This document shows, one piece after another, positions 9,001-21,100 of a DNA stretch of 30,300 nt. Each line of letters opens with the position of its first letter. Position 1 is the first letter of the stretch. Source of the DNA: Candidatus Heimdallarchaeota archaeon (GTDB lineage Archaea > Asgardarchaeota > Heimdallarchaeia > Heimdallarchaeales > Heimdallarchaeaceae); the NCBI GenBank assembly GCA_030668825.1, contig DAOVET010000029.1, forward strand, positions 1 through 30,300, in the 5' to 3' direction. Position numbers and translations under genes: made by a program. Under the pieces are notes generated by a model. That model had not been told where the DNA came from, did not search any database, and saw only the letters and a list, made by a program, of their open reading frames with translations.

Positions 9001-9036
9001 AGATTTAAACCAAAAGAAGCGATTCCAGACAATTAG
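6010..9036 (+). CDS. CD36/scavenger receptor class B-like membrane protein with inserted LVIVD-repeat beta-propeller
   Basis: One TM helix at each end around a large sequon-rich ectodomain. CD36-like motifs FFNVSD, RTAMEWVVGVEDPLL, VEPVTGSVVERTDRIQYN, IFWQE. LVIVD-type repeats (e.g. DIYIDGNQAYLTQGSDGFMVVDISDKHNP) at ~7234-8150. ATG 6010 is the likely start; the ORF is open from 5941. Confidence 0.72.
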   Translation: MDKRLRTLIGAFILTVTFSSAVVIGVILPINSINIMNDINAGLTEFGQLTEDDIIPNDGTGTYSDWMHTARSTNESRFFDQAFIEFFNVSDREGYLDYNTPISYFYVQGELVFDIIINKTVFEYNKEEDYIVFTSRRQYIYNSTASTLFGNETVLNFNYMWPYYIEKFGNGTEYGFQAYIASYLLGSEIDLLNSTYTYSEIAYAVLNRAYAESEGLVDTGTYLPHNWISVRPAFQDLDIDQATSYKILYNATYGGNDYSVLSGDKGSAKFFLDLVRGLDYTEPDDLTVDVVQLLADIYDIDTPTEIESAKSFAAYLGYLLGKPSLDWLYDNKISYVCTRTAMEWVVGVEDPLLNGMKFPLLMNETLSSSSVDWDKDTYYAERLGLNNIEEMGSIIGIANIPYFQYSRSMDVVMEDNLAYVLEGGTDIKIVNTTDSLFRAIGQYGDYDGQIYDYTVIDGYIYAVEGTAGLEILNATNPYSIDQITQWNFGNNDMRDVTNVFYPIGIAPFDALVIANGNYGVRVASLSGDTKSVSSVYTFLNTSGEAIAIDARVDIVNSDAFVALGTDGIDVLDIGQILTKDIELVWHYDSANYSNLKDVRDVKVEGLYLYVLDAIEGLLIFRIESNKTLTEYSQIAAYPGDEPFNDIYIDGNQAYLTQGSDGFMVVDISDKHNPSENYRFNGTDHLGTAFGIYAHGNDIYLGDYEQGLVHLEFSYLTSQFDFVEKDELHTFVECWQRDSKVQFGLWDLGPAAVDAGVEPFSYTYDSFAVQPDIEKGLRQQWNEFFLRPFAYSALVDSALFYEETVHVYNAQSGSPYRQMDKYDLYWMHDANFLNASFIQVGKWNSLYNMNLKPRDMFLTFSLPGQVGRDPFHMQSMMVEPVTGSVVERTDRIQYNTFATTFLEAFSLLNRSKYTDSVQNLPVIHRYPTWHQTFTALPGSMATIFWQENIHFATKIFYDAIKEQFLDRIKGADASRTIGAFGSMFIVTTGFIITSVVLHRFKPKEAIPDN
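7234..8150 (+). repeat. About 7 LVIVD-type protein repeats (beta-propeller blades)
   Basis: Recurrent D-V-x-V-x-G-x-Y-x-Y-V-x5-G-L-x-I-x-D/N pattern roughly every 40-48 aa. No nucleotide-level repeat. Confidence 0.8.
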
Positions 9037-9040
9037 AGAA

Positions 9041-9072
9041 CATTTTTCCTCTTTTTTCCTTCCTTTTTCCTT
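9041..9072 (+). terminator. Pyrimidine/T-rich archaeal-type terminator
   Basis: catttttcctcttttttccttcctttttcctt immediately after the stop at 9036. Confidence 0.6.
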
Positions 9073-9082
9073 CAATTGCCTT

Positions 9083-9160
9083 TAAAATTTACACTTATAT
9101 AGATATAACTTATAATATAACCATAATAGCATATATTCCGACAATATTATTACAATATTA
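9083..9160 (+). promoter_or_regulatory. AT-rich promoter region of top6B-top6A
   Basis: TATA-like TTATATA at 9095, inverted repeat TTATAT-AG-ATATAA (9095-9108), and direct repeat ACAATATTA at 9141 and 9152. Confidence 0.4.
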
Positions 9161-9178
9161 AAGGGAGTACAATTTCAA

Positions 9179-12100
9179 GTGGAAGAGGTAACAAACGTGT
9201 CTGAAAATTCAGTTACTAAGAAGATGTCTGCCGCTGCTTTTTTCAATGAAAATAGAGCAATTGCAGGCTTTGGAAATTCTATGCGAGCTGTGTTTACCAG
9301 CATACGCGAATTAGTTGAAAATGGCTTAGATGCTGCAGAAAACAGAGGAATAAATCCTAACATCTCAATTGATTTAAGAAAACTATCTAGTAGAGAGATA
9401 AATGAACTTCTTGATGTTAAACAATATAAGAAATTAGAGAAACACCTAGACTTCTTACAACTTACCTGTACAGATAATGGTACAGGTGTTCCTGGACATC
9501 TTATTGCTGATCTTTTCGGTAGAGTTCTCACAGGAACTAAGTATGGAGTTATTCAGACACGAGGACGTTTTGGTTTAGGAGCCAAGATGTGCTTATTGTA
9601 TTCCATGTCTTCTGTTGACCTCCCAGCTAAAATTAGATCAAGATATTTCATGGATGATATAACACATGAAATGCACTTAATGATCAACCTTGAGAAAAAT
9701 GAACCCATAATTATGGAGCAACGAGAATTTCTTCCGGGGGATGAGGGTTATCTTGAAGAAGCAGGAACTGAAATTTCAATTACATTTACTGGTGCATGGA
9801 ATCTCGCCAAGAACAGCGTTAGAGAATACTTTAGACAACTAGCAATAATCACTCCTTATTCCTATTTCCAAGTGAAAGTACCAGGTGATAAAGAGGGTGA
9901 ATATGAAGAATTCATTTTTGAGAGTGTTGTAGATGACATGCCCCCTCCTCCTCAAGTTGTCAAGATTCATCCATATGGGTGTGATATCACACAGTTCAAA
10001 TCAGAATTGAGCGTAAATAATGATAAAAAACTCAAAGAGTTTCTTGCAAATCAATTTATGGGAGTAACCAAAGAAATTGCTGAAGATTTCTTTCAGTTAT
10101 TAGAAATAGATCCCAATAAACATCCTAACGAGTTAACTTCAAAAGAAATACGTAGAATTGTACATGAAGGATTTGTGAAAGCCCATCAAGAAGCAAAAGA
10201 AGTAAAACGAAAACGTGATAGAGTTTTTCAGTTTGATCCACCAAAAGGGACAGCACTTTCTCCTCTTGGTGCAGGGAGATTGAAGAGAGGGCTTGAAAAA
10301 GAATTAAATCCTAAATTTGCTGAAGCTATTTCTAGACCACCAAAAGCTTATTCTGGACATCCGTTTGTGGTTGAAGCTGCCTTAGGTTATGGTGGAGGTG
10401 TAACAGAAGCTTCTCAACAACGAGGTGCTAATGTTCAAGATAATAAAATAATTTACAGATATGCAAACAGAATTCCTCTGATTTTTGGTGCAGGCAATGA
10501 TGTTATTAGTCATGTTGTTTCTTCCATAAGATGGAATGAATATGGTCTTACTAGACAATCAGATCCTTTAGCTGTTACAGTTTCAATAGTTAGTACAAAA
10601 ATACCTTTTCCAGAGACAAGTAAAGAATATATCTCCATTGTTCCAGAGATTGAAGAAGAAATAAGATTAGCTCTGCAACAACTTGGAAGAAGATTAAAGA
10701 CCTTCCTGGGTAGGGCTAAAAGAAGACGAAGAGAACATGCCAGATTATCACGATTCGTCAAATCTGCGCCTATAATTGTAGAAAATCTTTCTCAGATTAT
10801 TGAAGATGAAGGTATCGGGATGGCTGATTTTCGATTTGAGAAGAATAGAATTGCGTCTTCTTTAGCTCATGGCTCTCCTAAAAAAGCAAAGTTATTCATG
10901 CCCCTAGGACAAAGACTTTTCGGTCTAAATATTTGGTGTTCTACATCAACTCAAAATATATTAAAGAACAAGAATATCTTGTCAGTTTCTGATTTCCTAA
11001 TAACACCAACTAAGGATTTAATGTATATTTTAACACTTGATGAACAATCTATTTACAATATTAAATTAAGAACCATCTTTGAGTTAGATAAGGAAGGACT
11101 AAGTCCTCAATTTGACTCTAAAATCTTTGTTTCAAGAGCTGTAGAGAGACGATTCGACAAAAATTTTGTTTCATTAAAAGATGCTTTAAATCGAAGATGG
11201 ATTCAAAATAGTTACCATTATTTGGCTACTGAATCTGTAAAATTAAAAACAGTCTCTGGTCTTTTAGAGAAATTATTTGAGAACAAGAAAGATGAGCTAA
11301 TTAATCAACTTTTACTCCAAAACAGAAAAAATGATGGTTCAAAGACTTCTCCTAAAAGCGAATATGGTACTGATTCTCTAACTGCTAAAGGTCAATTGAA
11401 AATTGAACATTTATTCCCACCTTTCAAAGTCTTCAAGAAGCTATCAAATGAAATTCTAGCAGCTGATTTAACTGTTGAAGAGTTTATTTATCAAACACAA
11501 CTTCCAAATGGGATTAACTATCAACAGGAAATAACGGCGATATTCATTGATTACTTAAAAGAAGTATTCATTAAAATGTCAAAGAAGTTTCCTACATTCA
11601 ATGCTACAAACATAACTAAAATGACTCCTGATTGGACAGATGGATATACAAAAAATGCCTTTCACAGGAGAAAAATTAGAACAATTGAAAGCTTCATTAA
11701 CACTTCTACAGATGATCTTGTACAAGTTAAAGAAATGGAAAGGATTTTGTATTCAACCTATCTAGAACTCCTTGTTAAACAATCTCCATCAATCAATCTT
11801 TCAGCTTTTGAGTTTATCGAGAGTAAGGGGCTCAAAAATGATGAAGCTTTGGTGATCAAATCATTGGCAGCCAAGGGTATCAAATCTTTAGCTCAACTGT
11901 TATATTTTGCAGCTGAAGAAATTCAAGATAAGAAATTAGTTGATCTTGCAGAACTACTTATGAAAGAAACAAAATTCACAATTTTGTCTTCTCTGCAAAT
12001 ATCTAAAAAAGGTCATAATTCTAGTCATATTAAGATTATACCTAGTAATGTGGAAAAAGAACTGCACCGAAACCAGATCTTTAATTCTTCAACCTTTCTC

Positions 12101-15100
12101 TCTTATTCTTCACTGCAACTAAGAAAAATGGGTCTGAAGAAGAGAGAAGTTGACCAGATCAAGAAAACCCTTGGAACGCCATTACCAAAGTGGTTGGGAC
12201 AAGAAGAAATGCTAAAAGAATGTGGGGTTATTGTACTGGAGGAGTTGTTCTTCAATTCAGCTGAAACTTATTCATTATTAGCAGAGAAGAAAAAGAAATA
12301 TTTTGAATTAGCAAATGTTCTCAGAACACCTATTATATTCTCATTCCCACAACTTAGAAGATCATCCTACTTATTGAAAGAAGTGGGGATTAACTGCTTG
12401 GGTCGATTTCTGATTTGGCCTGATGAAGAATTAGCAAGTATATTGGGTTACAAAATAGAAGAAATAAAAGCAATGAAAGATGCTGTTTCTCTAGCTGAAA
12501 TTGAGAAGAATAGAAAAACATTCAGTAAACCTCTATCTCAGTTGAACAGTCTATTTCCACGATTAATCACTTATTTTGGAGGAACTGATGAAACCCTTCA
12601 AGATTTATTTTATCTCTACCCCTCAGAAAAAGTAAGTTTATCACAGGGATTATGGAAGAAAATTGATCACTTGAGCAAGCTTTCTCAGCTTGAAATTATT
12701 GAACTTGCACAATTATTCTCTAAGAACTCCAAGAAATTAGATGAAGCGAAAGAAGCTCTTCTAAGATTGAATGTAAGAAACATTATTACTATTAGACAAT
12801 TTCTAGACCTTATCCCTGAAATCATTGAATCTGAGCTATCAGCAGCTTCCCATAGAAAAATTATCTTAGAGCTCTATCATATGATTAAGAATCGAGATAT
12901 TGAGGAAACAAGTGACTTAAACAAACAAGTTCTATTGATTAGTGAATATGATGAGTTTGAAAGAGCTTTAAGTTTACCAATATCGAGAATTGGTAATCTT
13001 ACTTTACAAGAATATGAAGATTTACGAACAGAAAACATTATAGCTATACATCAATTATTTGAATACTCAACAAAAGAATTGAAATCTATTCTTAACAAAA
13101 CTGAAGATGGAATTAATCATGTATTCAAAGATTTCAAAATTGAGCAGAAGGGAACTAGTTTCTTTATCAAAGGAGAAAGAAGTCGGCTAAAATCCTTAAT
13201 TTCCTTTGAATATGAGGAATCTGAGCGGTTTTCCACTCATGAAATTGAATCACTGATTCTAGCAGGTTATGATTCAGTTGACAAGATTTTCTTCTTATCC
13301 CACCCCTTAACTTTTTCTGCTTCTTTAGTCCATTGGAATGTAATCGACAAGTTTAGAAAACTATTACGATCCCCACTCACATTAGTAGCTTGGGAGAAAG
13401 TTGTTAAGAAAAAAGTGCAGGATGAAGAAACTGAAACTATAAATGAAATTGATGAAATTCAAATCTCTACTCTTTCTACCGATCAATTGAACACACTTAG
13501 AAATAGTGGAATCTCTAGAATTGTTGATTTGCTGATCGTTAAGAAGGATATTCTTGAGTCTATCTTGAGTATTAGTCCAAAAGAAGCAGCTTTAATGCAA
13601 AGAAACTTAAGAATAAGTGACACTGGAACAGATCTTTCAGAGCTAGATATCTTTAAACCACATATTGTTGATATCCTAGAAGAATATAATTTAGTTACAA
13701 TTGAAGACCTTTATTTCTCCACTTCTGAACGCGAATGGACTGTTTCTGAACTTCCATGGAGGATAATTAAATCATTCAAACAAGTATTGAATTTACCACT
13801 GAAATATATCTCCGATATGCTGGATAAGGAACTTATTGAAATCCTGAAGAAAGTTGAAATTACAACTCTGCTAGGATTCATGCTTATCTCACCAGAGAAT
13901 TTAATGGAAAAAACTGGCATTCCAGATGAACGTTTTGAAAATATTAAGCGAGGACTAGCATTATCTGATATTTTGGGTACTTTCACACTGCCAAGTTACT
14001 ACATCCCCTCTCTAACATTTGAACAGACAGAGATTTTAAGAGGAAATAAAATTCCAACTATAGCCGATTTCATTCTAACATCGAATCAGAAATTAACCAA
14101 ATTGCTGGAAATCCCATCTAAAGATCTAACTGCAATAAAAAATTCGTTAACTGCTCAGACCATACAGGCTTCATATGAAGATAGGGGCATATTTGCTACA
14201 GAAACAAAGCTATTTGACAAATTAGAACAAAGACAATTAAGCCGTGATTCAATTATCCAATTTGAAAGATTTCAGACAATTCAAGAAATATATTATGTCG
14301 TAGAGGAAGAATTCTATCCATCAAACCCAGATTTGTGGTCGAAAGTATCAGCTGTTAAAACAGTGCTAGATTTACCATTAAGAATCTTCACTGAAATATC
14401 AGAATATTCGCTAGAGGTATGGGAACATAATAATATCAAGTATGTGCGCCAACTCCTCTTTTTACCTGATGAAGAAATAAAAGATCCAGTTCTCTATAGG
14501 TCGATCTCCACATATTCCTCTAAAATGCTAGAAATGCGTGCATTTCATTATTTTGCAAAACTACCATCATCCGTTTACAATTCTTCATTCTTCAGTAATA
14601 TAGTTCAAGATTTCGAAGAAAAAACTCTTTCAGATGTTGTGACTGATACTAAAGTTATTTCACTTCTACTCTCAAAAGATAAACAATCTCTTACTGATAA
14701 TTATAATTTAACACTCATTCGAGCTCTTCTCGAACTTCCTATCAGAATAACTCCATTTTTCAATAGAATCAAGAAGATTAGAAGAGAGGAGTACAAAAAT
14801 ACTAAAATTGGTGATGTATTTGACATCGATTTAGTAGACCATTCAGCTCTAGCTCCATTTTATAATAAATTGCAGGAAGTTGATTCTTTAAATAACATGG
14901 TTGCTGATTTGGCAGTTCCAATTTCCTCAATGGGATTGCCAAGAGAATTAGCTCTAAAATTAAGCAAATCATCAATTAACACTTTAATAGACTTCTTCTC
15001 AACACCAGTTAAAACCATTTCAGAAATAACAGGAATACCTCAAAGATATATTAGAGAAATTCAAGATAATCTGGATTATTCATTAATTCAATCGTTTAAA

Positions 15101-18100
15101 AAAGCTCAAACCCATGACATTATTGCTTCTGAACTCATAACAGATAAGCATATTGAATCCTTAAAGAAAATAGGTATTCTTGATCTTGAATCACTTTACT
15201 ACTCAGCTGAAGCACAGAACATATCTTCAGTTTTACCAGTCGAAAACTATGCAAAAGTGAAGGAAATTCTCTCAGGATCAATAAGATTTATTGGCTTCTT
15301 TGCCTCTGATGAGATCAAAAGGCTAGAATTTTATAATATTAATTCCGTTATAGATTTAGCTTTGCTAGACAAAAAAGAACTATTTCATATAACGCAGAAT
15401 CCAATTTACAAGGAATTTCATGCACTAGATATCCTTTCCTTAGATGAAGTTGCGGAGAAGAGAGCAGAAACCGCTCTATCTCTAGAATTATTGCCTTCGA
15501 TAGAGGAAGATTATCTTGAGAAGATTAAACAATTGGGTATAAACTCAATTCAAGATTTCAATTCTAGAATGTCTGAATTAAGGGATTCTCACCCTCATTT
15601 AGTTAAGCTTGATGTATTTCGTGATGTTCAGCTATATCTTTCATCAGTTGCCTTCCTTGGATTGAATAATCAACAAGTACAGAAATTAGTTTATTCTGGA
15701 GTGGGAGATATACTTTCATTTATTACTGAAGATGTTTCAACCATTGCAATAATTCTAGACACGGAAGAAACGGAAGTACGAAAGTACTTAGATAAGATAA
15801 GCTCTGAAAATCTTCTTGAAGAAATAGAAAAGAAAGGAGTAAAACTGACAGACTTTCCTGTTCTTTCCAAATCAACAGTGAACTATCTACTAAAATCTGA
15901 CAAGGATCTTGTTCAGGATGTCTATAGTCAATATTATCAAGCATTTACAATAGCTAATGTTTCTGATGATGTTCTGAGAGACTTCCTTAACAGCTGTAAT
16001 GTGTCAATTTACCGCATTAAGGAGTTATCACCAGAAACAAAAATAAAATTGTCACAAATGGGTATTCTTAGAGTTATCGATTTCTTATGCACTAATGACT
16101 CAGAATTAAAGAATGCTTTAGGTGGCAAAATTGGTAAAGATATTAATGAAGTTCGAAGGGGCAATTTCACTCTGATTAAGGGAACTGAACTGCTACTAAA
16201 TGAACCAATTCTCAATATTTTAAAGGATCTTTATTTTGAACCATCGAAGAAAACGGTTGAGGATTTGTTTGGGTTTGTTCCTGAGCATTTATTGCAATTC
16301 ACTGAAACTGAAAGAATAGAAAAAATCACCAATATATCATTTGTTGAGCAGTTGGTAAGTTTCCTGAGCTTGAGTACTCTTTCTCTTACATATTTTGATG
16401 TTGAAACCAAAGCAGTTCTTTGGAATATCGGAATTAAACATGTGATTGAACTAATCTCAACAAATATACAAGATCTCAAAGATATTCCTAGAGAAGTAAT
16501 TAGAGCTATAAGAGAGTTTCAACGCAGCTTCAATCTAAGTGTTAGAATGTCAGAAACATTTTCCCCATATATTGAGCAAAAACTTAGTTTACCTAAAGAA
16601 ATACGAGGAAAATTCAAGACCTATGGTCTAACCACCGCTCTATTCCTTTTTGATTTTATGCACCATCCTTTGTTTGAACTAACAAATAAAGAGAAAAATC
16701 TTCTAAGTACTGCTACAGCAAACTTATTCAAACCTGTTACTTGGTTAGTAGATCATTCGGATCTCAAACTAGAAGACTTAACTATTTTTAGAGATAAGAA
16801 GGCAAACAACATCATTTCTGCCCTCTTGATACTGGATGATGATAAACAATCAACTGATGCCAAATATTTCTCTGAACAGTTTTATTCCAAATTTAAAGAA
16901 GTGGTCAATGAGAACCTCTTCAAAATTAAACCTCCTGAATGGTCACTTAAACTTGCTGACTTAAATCTCATCAAAGATCAAAAACTTTTGAGGAAGCTAA
17001 AAACAGCCAAAATACTATATTTGGATGAACTGCTTTCTTTGGATAGTAGCATTATTGAAAATCATTCCGTGTATGAGGAGTTAAGGTCAATGCTACTCTC
17101 ACTTAAGAATTTCAGTGTTGCATCTATAGATGGCTTATCTGTAACTAATGTTAAGAAATTGAAACAAAACGGTGTAAGATATGTATTCCAGTTCTTATTA
17201 ATGCCTGTATCTTATTTATCCCAATTCATGAATGTAAGTGAAGAAAAAATTGAGGAAATAAAGCTAAACATTGATTTAGAAGTTCTAGAATCAAACGCAA
17301 AACTAGTCGGATTAGATATTCAACTTATTGGAAAATTAAATGATAAGATAAAGAGGGTTTTGATGGAACACGGGTGTGTTTCACTTACACAGGCTGCACA
17401 CCTTCAGATAAACGAGCTTCCTCTAACTGAAGAAGAGATGCAAAGTGTCAGAGAACTAGTCTCTATACTTCAAACTCCTATTACATTAATTGGTAAAGTT
17501 CTGAAAATGAGCAGAAAGAATGTTGACCAACTAGTAGACGAAAAAATATTCACATATACTGATTTGTTAGAAATACCTCAAGAAAAATGGCCATCTAGTC
17601 TTAAGAAGTTAATAACCAATCAGCAAACTGATCCCACATATCTGATTAAACAGTTATACGGCATCCAAAAGTTTGGTATGTCAGTAGAAGAACTAGGGTT
17701 GACCAAATCAGTTACAACTTCGATGTTACAAACAGGATTATCTACAGTGGATCATCTCCTTTATGTACCTGACACATATTTGACTTCTAAAGGCAAAATT
17801 AAACTTACTGATCTTCTTGAATTAAGAGACAGGTTGGGTAGAAGCGTTAGTATTTTACCTAATTTAACAAATGAGACAATTGAATACTGTTTGAGTAATA
17901 ATTATCAAATCATCGAAGACTTATTGATTTATTTCAAGGATCATCCGAAGAAAATACGAGAAGAAATTACTCCTTCCCTAAGAGCTATTAAGACAATTTC
18001 AGAAGTAGGATTTGTTAAATCATTATCTGAAACTGAACAAGATCTTCAGAAAAGAGGGTATTATTCTTATACCTCTTTACTAACATCCGCGAATTTTAAG

Positions 18101-21100
18101 ACAGATAAGGAGCTGTTTTCAAAATTCGCCCCTTATCTATTGGCCAATTTACGATTTCTAGATTTAGAATCTACTGAGTATAATAAATTGAAGCGTTCAG
18201 GTATTTTTACAATATCTGGTCTATTAGTAGTTTCACCAAAAACAATTGCAACTCAAACAAAAATGAGTATCTCAAAAATAACAACCACAATAGATTCAAT
18301 CATTTACGAAGAATTAAAACAAAAAATAGACGCAAATATAGAATCAGTTGATCGTGAGTTCTTCTTATTATCTAATAATGACAAAGACTTCCTTAAGTCA
18401 ATTGGAATTTATAGTATATCTGATTTGAACGAATATTCAACTTATTCTTGGTTAATTTCAGAAAATAAGCTCAAGAAGATCAAAGGTAAAATTGAAACAA
18501 TTTTGGAAACATCTATACTTTACTATCCAAACATAACCAAATTGACTATTTCAGAAATCGAGAAGCAATATTATGATAAAGGAATCTTTAGCATCCAAGA
18601 ACTTCTTAGTTCAGTTGATGAGACCGAAACTGAGAAAATTATTGTTTTTCTACAAGAGTTTGCTTCAGTGGATGAGCAATTGGACACCGAATATATTACA
18701 GCTGCTCAGCTCTTTTCCGAGACCGAATTAACTACGCTTTCGAAATCTATTCCTAAGAAGAACATTAAGCAGTTAAATGAGTTTCTCTCAGAATTGTATA
18801 AGAATTATGAAAAGATATCAGAACCTAATAAGAAAATTCTCAGGACACTTAAACATCCTCTGTCAGCCTTGTCGAAATTGACTACAAGCGATGTTAAGAA
18901 CCTTAACAAAAATAACAATTTCCTAATTATAGATATTCTTGTCAAATCTCAAACCTATTGGAATGATTTTTCGGCAAAACCAACAGGTTTTAAGGTTCTC
19001 ACATTGCTTTCAACATTGACATTAAGTAAAATTAGAAGCCAGATTAGAAAGCGCCCTGATATTTCATCTCTAGGCGTGTTTGATACTGAAACAATCAAAG
19101 AAATTAGCTCATATTATCAAACTATAGATGAAATTCTTTATGCAATTGAATCAGAAGATTATGAAGTTTCTAGAACTTTAATTAATAAGGTTCAGAGAAC
19201 ACTTACAACACCTGTTAAACTAATTATGGTCCCTAAACTCTCTCTTAAAGTTTGGAAGAAACTCAACTCGTCGAATGATACTGTAACAGATCTCTTAAAA
19301 CTCTCAGACAAGGATCTTTCTTCTTTCCTTTCAATTCCCCAAAATGATATCCCTAAGATAAGGAGTTCATTCAATGTAGAGAACATGATTAGAGAACCTT
19401 CCTTGAAATCCAATATTATTTTTTCCCAACAGGAAATAGAAACGCTAAACAATATAGGTTACAAAACATATGATCAACTAGTAGAAAACCTCTACTCTGA
19501 CAAAGCCATACCTAAGACAATTAAACCAAAAATGGCTTTTATTCAGACATTCGATATCAAGAAATATGAACCTAAACTCGATGAATCATTAACAATACTT
19601 GATTTACTCTTCCTCATTAATAGTACAGAAAACCTAGCTATAACTAAAAAACAGAAAGAATTAATCGAATCAACAGCAGATTTCTTTTTCTCCAGAGGGA
19701 CACAATTATGTACCATTCTGAACATTGACCCCAGTGCAAAGAAATCTCATTGTCCAGAAATGTCAATTGAATATTTACTTCTTCTTAAAAAATATAATAC
19801 GCAAATGTTTGATGAAATTTGGCGTAAATTACATGACAAAATAAAACCAACAATTGAATCACTTTTTTCCTCTCTAAATCGTTCTCCTGTAATATTAACT
19901 AAACTAACCGCTGATTCTATTCATCAAATATCCACTACTAAATATAAGAAGATAAGTGAGCTTCTATTGTTGTCCCGAAAACAACTATATGAACAGATTT
20001 CTGATAAGAATGTGCAACGTAATGTCCGAAACCTCTCTTTAGGTTTATTCCAAGAATTATCGCAGAATCTGACATCATTTCCATCTTCCCTTCTTACGCC
20101 AACTGAGATGAATACTCTCAATAGAAGTAATATCAAATCAATAGAAGAAGCTTTAGTCTTTCTTGAACAGAGTAAGAAAGGTGATTCTAAGGTTCTGATT
20201 ATTTGCAATAAAATAAGTAAAGTTATGGAAACTGACTTGACAATACTTCCAAGTATAATACAGGATAAAAGAAAATCAGATGAAGTAACTAGGCTGAAAC
20301 TGAGTAATGTGTATGATCTTCTAACCTTCTGTAAAACTACTCAAAAAGCAGAATCTAGAGCATTATGTTCAGATATTTTATATATGCTTAAATTTGATAA
20401 GATAACTCAATCAGTGAGTGATGAACAAAGCAGATTTAGCAGCTTCTTTAGAACGACTGAATACTTGCAGTTTCTAAAAAGGAAGAAAATTAAAACTTTT
20501 GGACCCCTTGTTAATCATGTTAAAATAACATCTGCTCAAGATTTGGAGCAGGAGTTCGAACAGATTCTATCAGCTTTGAGGGCACCGTTATCAATATTCA
20601 CACTTGATCAAACTCTCCTTAAGAAGCTAAGAGATTTGAATATTCATCAAGTAATAGATTTAATTTTACTTACAGATATTAACAAACAAATCAAATCAAA
20701 TTTAACTGAAAAACAACAAACAGTAATGCAAACCATAACTAAACAGCTTAATTTCATCAGTATTAATCAACTCTTATCAAGTTTATATCCTGTTTCGAAA
20801 GTTAGCTTTATTGATGAAAATTCAAGGAAACAATTAATTAGAACTGGATATTCTACAATTTCTCATCTAAACATATCTAATGAAATTCTTGCCAGCTCAT
20901 CTAAAATCAGAAGTTCAATCTTAGCAAAAATAAATCGAATACTTGATTCTCCAGTCTACTATCTGACAGATATGATTAGAGATAATCCTGGTAGCGTTTT
21001 TGCATTGTATGATAAGGGTATTTTCAACTTGTGGGGGGTTTATGCATACAACACAAAAGATTTGGCAAAAATCATCAAAATTACTGATAGACAGGTTAAA

